Assembly: GCA_951406725.2 (NCBI GenBank) | Contig: OX597816.1 | Location: 69,192,001 to 69,256,000 of the forward strand | Direction: 5' to 3' | Source: Octopus vulgaris | Lineage: Eukaryota | Length of the DNA stretch: 64,000 nucleotides | In this document: positions 56,277 to 64,000 of the stretch, one piece after another | Layout: each line of letters begins with the position of its first letter | Numbering within the stretch: position 1 is the stretch's first letter | Notes under the pieces: generated by a model | What the model was told of the DNA's origin: nothing | Databases searched by the model: none | The model's input: only the letters and a program-made list of their open reading frames with translations | Program-made: the position numbers and the translations under genes

Positions 56277-57641
56277 ATTCTCTCTTTCGCTTCTTGTGGA
56301 AAGGATGCGTCCCGATGGTCAGGCGATCCATTTGCTGTCAACACCCGTTAAGAGGGGGACTGGGCATGCCGTTGTTGATGATGCGCAGACACGCGCTGAG
56401 ACTGCGACACCTCAGGCTCTTCATAGACGACGGTGAACAGGTGTGGTCGCCGTTTGTGAGGCACGCTTTCCCGCAGCTCGTCTCCATGACCGAACTGCAA
56501 TCGTGGATCAAAAAGAGGCCGAGGAAGGGCGAATGGCACCGCGAGTGTCGCATTGCTCTCAAGCAACTCTGCCGTCCTGGGTCAACCTTGAGTGACTCCA
56601 TCACAACCAAAGCATTCTATAGGGGATTAGTGGAGGGGAGGTACGACGACGAGCTCGGGGCGAACCTGGACGTCGACGAGGAATACCTGACCCGCCTGTT
56701 CCGGACGACTTTCGGGCCAGGGCCCTTGGACAAGTTCCAGAGATCCCTGGCCTGGCAGTGCTACCGAGAAGCGCTACCCGTTCGGGATAAGCTCTACAGA
56801 CACGGCTCGAGAAACACGGGGCCGACCTGCCCGAGATGCGGTCAGAGCGACGAAACCGTTTTGCACGCACTCGTGCAGTGTCCAACAATTTCCGACCTGT
56901 GGGCTTATGTCGAACAACTGATGTCACGTGTGGGACGAGTCGGTTTATCAGCTGAGTCTATCGTCAATATTGTCACGCCTCCTTCCTTCAAACGGGAAGG
57001 AAGAGCTATTTTCATCATCCTTCTGGCAATGGCGAAAGAATGTATCTGATGGACGCGTCTGAAAGGATTGGAGACAAAAGCTTTCCTTTCTGGTCAACCA
57101 CTCATCAACTTCTTCAAGTACCACTTGAAAAGGAAAGTGAGAGTAGAGAGGCAAGTTTTGTCTAGCGAACGATTAAAAAAAAGATGGGTGAATGTAGCAA
57201 GGATGGCAAGTATGAATGACGAAGCCACCTTGAAAACAGAGGGTTACCCACTTGCAAACAAATGTGGTAACATATAACAATATTGACCAAGGTTACCGTG
57301 GTCTTTTTCGTAGGCTTTTCTTCCCACGGATAAACCTTACTTGCTTTCCCCTTTACACCATACATCATGACACTGTGATACACGATCCCTATTGATCATT
57401 TTTTTCTTCTTCCCCTTTTTTCCTCTTTTTTCTTTGTTTTTCATTTTTCTTTTCTTTTGTTCCTTTTCCCTTTTTTCTTTTTTCCTTTTCCTTTTTTTCC
57501 TTTTTTGTACTTTTTTCCCTTTTACGATCCCTTTTGATCGAAAACCTACGCCACCTTTTTTGTTTTTTCATCCCCCAAAAGAAAAGTTCTACCTTGTAAC
57601 TTGTCCCATCTGTGTGCAGCCCTGTGTGGCTAATAAAGAAA
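56276..57641 (+). mobile_element. 5'-truncated Tx1/L1-like LINE (ORF2 C-terminus plus 3' UTR) inside a (TATC)n array
   Basis: FRFLWKG...GGLGMP...CPRCGQSDETVLHALVQCP (CCHC knuckle). One in-frame TGA at 57047, frame continues to 57277. T-rich UTR and AATAAA. (TATC)n at 56222-56276 and 57644-57732. Confidence 0.88.
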
Positions 57642-57642
57642 C

Positions 57643-57732
<90 letters not shown>

Positions 57733-57977
57733 GAACACCTCACTTTCGGGTCTCTCTTTCCATTTCTCTCTCTCCCTTTCCTTCTGTCTGCATGACCGTA
57801 CACAGCTTTAAGACTGAAACAATTTAAAGAAATAAAAGAATTTATATATATATATATATATATAAACATATATATATATGTATGTATGTGTATATATATA
57901 TGTATGTGTGTATATATATATATTTATATATATATATGTGTGTATGTATGTATGTGTATATATGCACACACACACAC

Positions 57978-58021
<44 letters not shown>

Positions 58022-58024
58022 GTA

Positions 58025-58770
58025 TATTCTTCTTGTTTGAGATATTTGACTGCAACCATGATGGAACACCATCTTCAAGGGTTTTTAGTCGAAGAAAGCG
58101 ACCCGAGGACTTATTTTTTAACCCTAGTTCTTATTCTAGCCTTCTCTTTTGCCGAATCGCTAAATGTCGGGGGTCTAAACACACCATCACCGGTTATCAA
58201 GTGGTGATGTACGTAAAATCACAGACACACGCATAAACACACGCACATATGTACAATGGCATTCCTTCAATTTCTGCTTAGCAAATCCACTCACAAGGCT
58301 TTGGTCGGTCTAAGGCTATAGTGGAAGACACTTGCCTAAGGTACCACGAAGTGGATATCTTTTATCTATTATTTTCTACTTGTTTCAGTTATAAGAATGG
58401 TGCCACACCGGGGAACCTCCGTGCAGAATGTACCCACCCCTGTACTTTTTTCCTAACCGCTAAGTGACGATGACGTAAACACACCGTTACAAGTTGTGAA
58501 GCAGTGGTGAGTGGAAAAACACAGACACAAACACACACATACACACACAAACACACGCACAGACACGCATATAGACACACACCCGCACACACATATACAC
58601 ACACGCACGCACGCACACACACATACGAGTTTCTTTCAGTTTCTTCCTGCCAAATTCACCCACAAGGCTTTAATCGGACCGAGGTTATGTTAGACTGTTG
58701 CCCAGAGTGCCACGCAGCGGAACTGAGCCCGAACCATATGGTCGGGAAGCAAGTTTACCAGACACAACCA
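58025..58770 (-). mobile_element. Two diverged tandem family A SINEs
   Basis: CAAATCCACTCACAAGGCTTTGGTCGG and a second, diverged match at about 58650. Confidence 0.75.
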
Positions 58771-58777
58771 CACACAC

Positions 58778-58808
<31 letters not shown>

Positions 58809-59204
58809 TGTATGTATGTATGTATGTATGTATGCATGTATGTATGTATATATCTATGTCACTTTATCAGTCCATGTGTGTCTTTATATTAAGAATCTGT
58901 TTGTCTTCCAGTATTTTTCTATCAGTCTGCTTTTTGTAGCAGGCTGTTAGGAGCCCCTTAAATTATATAATTTAAATTGTTTTCCTTGTAATTAACTGAT
59001 ATAGTTGAAGTCATATTTTCATGGGAGGGTACTTTGAAAGTAATTTATCTGAGAAACGCAGCAAATTTGCATATAGAGATTCCTTGATGTGTTATTTTTT
59101 ATAGTTAGAAATAGTAACCAAAACTTCGTCAAATTTCATCATAGCGCCCTTGAGACAAACTGATGCATTTGACCAAGGGGTAAAGAAAACCAACTGCAAA
59201 AATA

Positions 59205-59496
59205 CTACTTTGTTGAGTCTTGGGAGTGTTAGTACGCAAGTAATAACCCACGCACAAATCCAATTCCACTTCGTTAAAGTTAATCAATTGGTTGAATATC
59301 TAACCAAATAACTAATTAGAGCGGGCAGAAGGAAAATCACCAAGTCACTGTAAACATCAGGAAGAGCGACGAAAGATCTTTCACTAACCAACAGACAACC
59401 GATCGATTGATTAACCAACACATTAAACAAACGATCAATTAGTTGGTTAGATATTTAACCAATTAACTAACACTGAAGAGGTGAGCCTGTGATTGG

Positions 59497-59541
<45 letters not shown>

Positions 59542-59575
59542 GGCATAATGATTCTCCCAGCACGACAAAAGTTTT
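59205..59575. mobile_element. Old MITE-like imperfect inverted repeat with (TTA)n expansion in the right arm
   Basis: AATTGGTTGAATATCTAACCAA versus TTGGTTAGATATTTAACCAATT, plus weaker outer matches. Confidence 0.55.
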
Positions 59576-59762
59576 TTTCAGATACGAATTCGCATGAAAA
59601 GTCTTGCAAACCATGTAGAAAAACGAATTGATGTAGCTAATACGCTGGCTGTAAAATGGAGGGAGAAATAAAATTGTCAATAAAGTATGTACTAAACCCA
59701 GTTACGGAGGGGCAGCGCTAAGCAGTGATACGTGAAATTGCAATGATATTATCAGCCCACAT

Positions 59763-60268
59763 ATGCGTGATGCACATTGGAACTGGGGAACAAACTACTC
59801 ACTGCGTTTTGTGACGGTGAATATATCTTACTTGTTGACAAATGGTGTGCATACACTTTGATCAGCTCGCAACACCTAAACTGTAGAGATGATAACATTT
59901 CGGTGTAGTTTTCTCCTCACCGTTTACAGACACTAAGCAGGCGGCCCTACGAACTGAATCAAGAGATTACCTCTTTTATGCTTTTCCAGTCACTGTACGA
60001 TGACGTAATTTACTTACGATGAGCCACTGTATAGATCTCACAGTGGGGTGGGGGGTAATCTCTTAATTCAGCTCGCAGTGTCGTGTGCTTAGTATCTGTG
60101 ACCGATGAAGAGACAACTACTCCGAAATGTTAACATCTCACAGTTCAGGCAGATTGCGCTATGAGCTGATCTAGGTGTAGACACACCATTTGTCAACAAG
60201 CGAGATATACTCTCCGTGACAAAACGCAGTGAGTAGCTTGTTCCCCGGTTCGAACGTGCATCAAGCAT
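59763..60268. repeat. Diverged inverted repeat (arms of about 180 bp), each arm carrying a hammerhead motif
   Basis: Arms 59763-59939 and 60086-60268. Confidence 0.88.
60096..60143 (+). ncRNA. Type I hammerhead motif with U4C core; decayed mirror on - strand at 59881-59929
   Basis: CUGUGA-CCGAUGA-AGAGacaacuaCUCC-GAAA-UGUUAACA-UC^UCACAG; perfect 6-bp stem I, palindromic stem III. Confidence 0.75.
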
Positions 60269-62943
60269 TTTCTTACTGATAATTACACTGTAAGTCCATT
60301 TATCAAATTTATGTGTAATCCCAATATCTTTATTAGTATTATGTTTATAAAATAGTTTGTGGTGTTTAATTACGCTCCTTTCCATTCAGAAATTCGAGAA
60401 AAGATCTTCGCTTATATGTACCCTTCAGGTGCCTATAAAATCTAATACCAGTCATCTAATGAGGTCAAGAAATTCCGTTGTACATTTGTTCCCAAGCTTT
60501 GTAACTCTTTATAGATGTTACAGATCATTATTTTGCTATGTATATGGTGACGTAACAGATTTTTAAAGTGTTACATAGGAGGTGTGTTATTTATCACGAT
60601 GTCATGCGCTTTCTGTTCATGTCCGCCGATGTCAACTTTGCTTTTCATTCTTCTGGTGCCCATAAATATGTACCGAATCAGAGCTGCGGATTTGTGACAC
60701 AGATAAAGTTTCGGACATGATGTCTTTTTATTTTCTGGTAACCATTTCGTCCCGTTGGGTTATGAGAACGTCTAAAAAAACAAAACGCTGGTTCCAAACA
60801 TTTCTGGCTCAACCCGACGGCTTTCTCTTCGATGAACATTGGTGTTTTGGGCAGAGGAGACTTGCATGCATGTGCAACATTCAGTTTTCTTGCCGGGATT
60901 TCTATGCACATGAATATACATATTTTCATTGGACGGTACTTTGAAGGTAATTTATCTGAGAAACGCAGCAAGCCTGCATATTCCTTAATGTGTTGTTTCA
61001 TATAGTTAGAAATAGTAACCAAATATTCGTCAAATTTAATCATAAGGTCTTTGAGACAAACCGACACATTATTGAATCTTGCTGGGCGGAAACCATACGT
61101 AAGATTATAACAAAGGAATCAACAAAATAGCCTTACATCATCTAGTTATATCTCATTACATTTAAATTTCAATATCTACCGGAACGAATAAATTCCAGTC
61201 AAATACAACTGTCACTGCCTCTTCAAGAAAGTATGGTATTCTGCAGATGCTAAAATTCATTAGGAGTAAGTGCTGAAACAAATCGAAAGTATGTCTTTTT
61301 CTATTAAATAATAAATAACACATCTGAAAACATTCATAGAAATATTCCGGGATAAGAAGATCTCTAACAAGACGCTTTACTGATATAAAACTATTTCAGT
61401 ATTGGTTTTATTTAGAATGAGTTAAGACAAGTATAAACTGATTATTTTATTAACGCTTATATAAACAACTGCGATTAAACGATAAACAATAAAATGTCAA
61501 ATGCTCTCTTCCCTCTTGGATACCAGAAGGAAATGCAAAAATTTTATTGTTTACTTTTTTGAAATTTATTATTACTTTTCAGACTCTGTTAAACAAATTT
61601 TGATGGAAATATTTAGTTGATTGCACACAACTGCATGTATAGTCTTTCGACACCAATTGAAATTGAGATTGAAATTCGAAGCTGACAGTGTGCTGGATTC
61701 AAAATAAGAAAGAAAAAAAATAGAGGAAAGAAGATACATATCACAGAGACTTCCAACATCCTGCCACATACAAATATAATTAATGGTAATTATTAAATCG
61801 CTCCGAGAAGACGCCAGATGGTAGAAGCTTTAGCGCGCGCCAAACGTATTAACTGATATGTCTTTTGATTCTTTAATTTCCAAGATCGAATCTTGTTCAG
61901 ATTAGCCTTTTTACCTTTCATCATTTCATAGTCAATAAAAAAGTTCAAGATGAACTATAAACGTAACATAAACGAATTATTCCCATAACCCAGAAATTGC
62001 TGTAAATGTGTCAAAATTTTAAACTTATTTTCTTTCGAGAGCATCTGAAAAGTCAGCACTTTGCTGTATATTACGTTCTTTGGAAAGCGATATTATGATA
62101 TTAATGCAAGCCTGATCCAAGAAGAACAAATGACAATATTTATATAATTGGAAAGTATTACTTTTAGAGAAGGATTGTATATGAATAAATAGACCCAAAT
62201 ATATTAGTGGTACATGATTAATTCTGTGATGATGAATCATGAAGCTAATGCATGGGTTTTCAAGTAAGAAATTAATGGTACTTATTCCTGTGTTCTACCA
62301 TTTCCCACAATTCCAGCACTTATTGACGTGGACAATAGTCAACATAGAGCATGGAACGAGGGTCGATATTCTGTCAAATTCTCACGATGTGAGTTGCTAT
62401 CCAGTTGCTTAAATGTAAATATCATATACGTTAAAAAAACAGCGATTGAACTTTTATAAGGTTGCTAGATTATCTAAAAAAAAGTAACCAATCTAGACCT
62501 TCGTATTTCAAACCCTGCTGTATCATACGAGAAATATATCGGACATGACAGCCTTGAAATAATTATGTGAAAATAATATCGGACAGAGGACGCTGGACTG
62601 TTTGATTATGGCGCTTCTCGATCGAAAATAATCTGGGATTAAAATATATATCTACGATGTTGAAATCCGTTATGCATTTCCATTACTGTCACAAGAACAC
62701 TAAATCTGACAGATTTCATCTAAACCAATATCCAGGAACTAATTTTATTAACTGCCAACGAGTACACAAATATATGTACGTATGCATATAAGTATGAATG
62801 CATGTACGTATGCACATATTTTTGTATGTATGTAGGTACGCATGTCTGTGTCACAGTTCATTCCCAATTTACAGTACATGCAGCTATCAATTGCATTATC
62901 AGGGAAACTTGTGGAAACAAATATTGCAGAATCCCGTCAGGTC

Positions 62944-63007
<64 letters not shown>

Positions 63008-63083
63008 GATAGATTTATGTATGTATATTTGTATGTATGTATCTACCTATGTATGTATGTATGTATGTATGTATGTATGTATG

Positions 63084-63114
<31 letters not shown>

Positions 63115-63124
63115 TTATCTATCT
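62944..63124. repeat. (TATC)n/(TATG)n microsatellite
   Basis: Directly visible. Confidence 0.97.
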
Positions 63125-64000
63125 CCCAAACATTTTTGAATTGGTAACAAGCGTTTATATAAATTAAATTACTATTTAGTGCTTTATCCCGTATTTCGCT
63201 AGGTTTGGGTAACCGATTAGCACCACTAGTAAAAATTATTTTCATTGGAACCTAACATAGGTAACTAGTTCCATAGTCGGTTTGGAGTTGCATCACTTTC
63301 CAATGTTCGGTGTTGATGAGCAGATAATTATTTCGAAATGCAAGCGTCCATCGATATGGATAGAGCGCATTTCCCAACTGACCTGATGTTTTTCAACTTT
63401 TCGTCAACATTGGGAATATTATTCCATGACAAAATACAGTGACTGGCATTCTTAATTTGCTACGGTTTTGAATGGGTGTAAATCAAAGTGGCAGTAGTTG
63501 TTTGATAATTGGTGTTATTTTGTGTAGGTTCCTGCAATTGATTTGTTTAGCAAAATGTGGCGGAATGAGTAAGTACCAGACTTAAAATAAATAATAAGGA
63601 TCATTTATCCGACAAAACATTTACTCGCCTACCTGGATGTCTCTTAGTACACCCGCAGTTTAATGACTAAAATATGTAATAGAACAGGGGCATGAAATAA
63701 ATGAAAGTATGTATATAATGTATATACACAAATCAGTTCTCGGATCTTTTCACTTTCCCAGTTCTCTAGAGAATATTTCCTCAAGGCCTTGAAAACTTGT
63801 AGGGGAGGACCTAGTCTGATTGCTTACAGTTGAATGTATTCTGCTAGATGAATTAAAGAAATATGATGGATTTTAAAGTAGTGATGGGTCTGCCCAAGAT
63901 CTCTGAACGTAATTAGCAAGAACAATTACTACAAGCATCACGACCGACGCTCTAACAATCCGATAATTTCATCATCTTGGAATGATATTTTATTTTATAG

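Larger units (their letters stand above)
59028..61070. repeat. Direct repeat pair of about 140 bp (59028-59170 and 60935-61070)
   Basis: GGTACTTTGAA.GTAATTTATCTGAGAAACGCAGCAA...TTGAGACAAAC is shared. Confidence 0.85.

Overview
AT-rich, microsatellite-dense eukaryotic DNA (intergenic or deep intronic). No host gene is recognisable. The SINE families and (TA)n/(TATC)n load suggest an octopod cephalopod (inference). Nearly all long ORFs in the track are microsatellite read-through. Recognisable content: a full-length but broken mariner; four tRNA-SINE families; MITEs, including one carrying TTAGGG repeats; Gypsy, R4/Dong-like and Tx1/L1-like remnants; and a Penelope-like element (PLE) with RT-thumb and GIY-YIG domains. 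The main unexplained signal is about 15 type I hammerhead ribozyme (HHR) motifs, from intact to decayed. Several sit in fold-back cassettes embedded in (TA)n, giving one HHR per strand, and several carry a CCGANGA (U4C) core. One cassette has the same architecture but no HHR core. A second signal is a Tx1/L1-like LINE inside a (TATC)n array whose 3' end is shared with a local SINE family. All structures were folded and aligned by eye; no search or assay was run.
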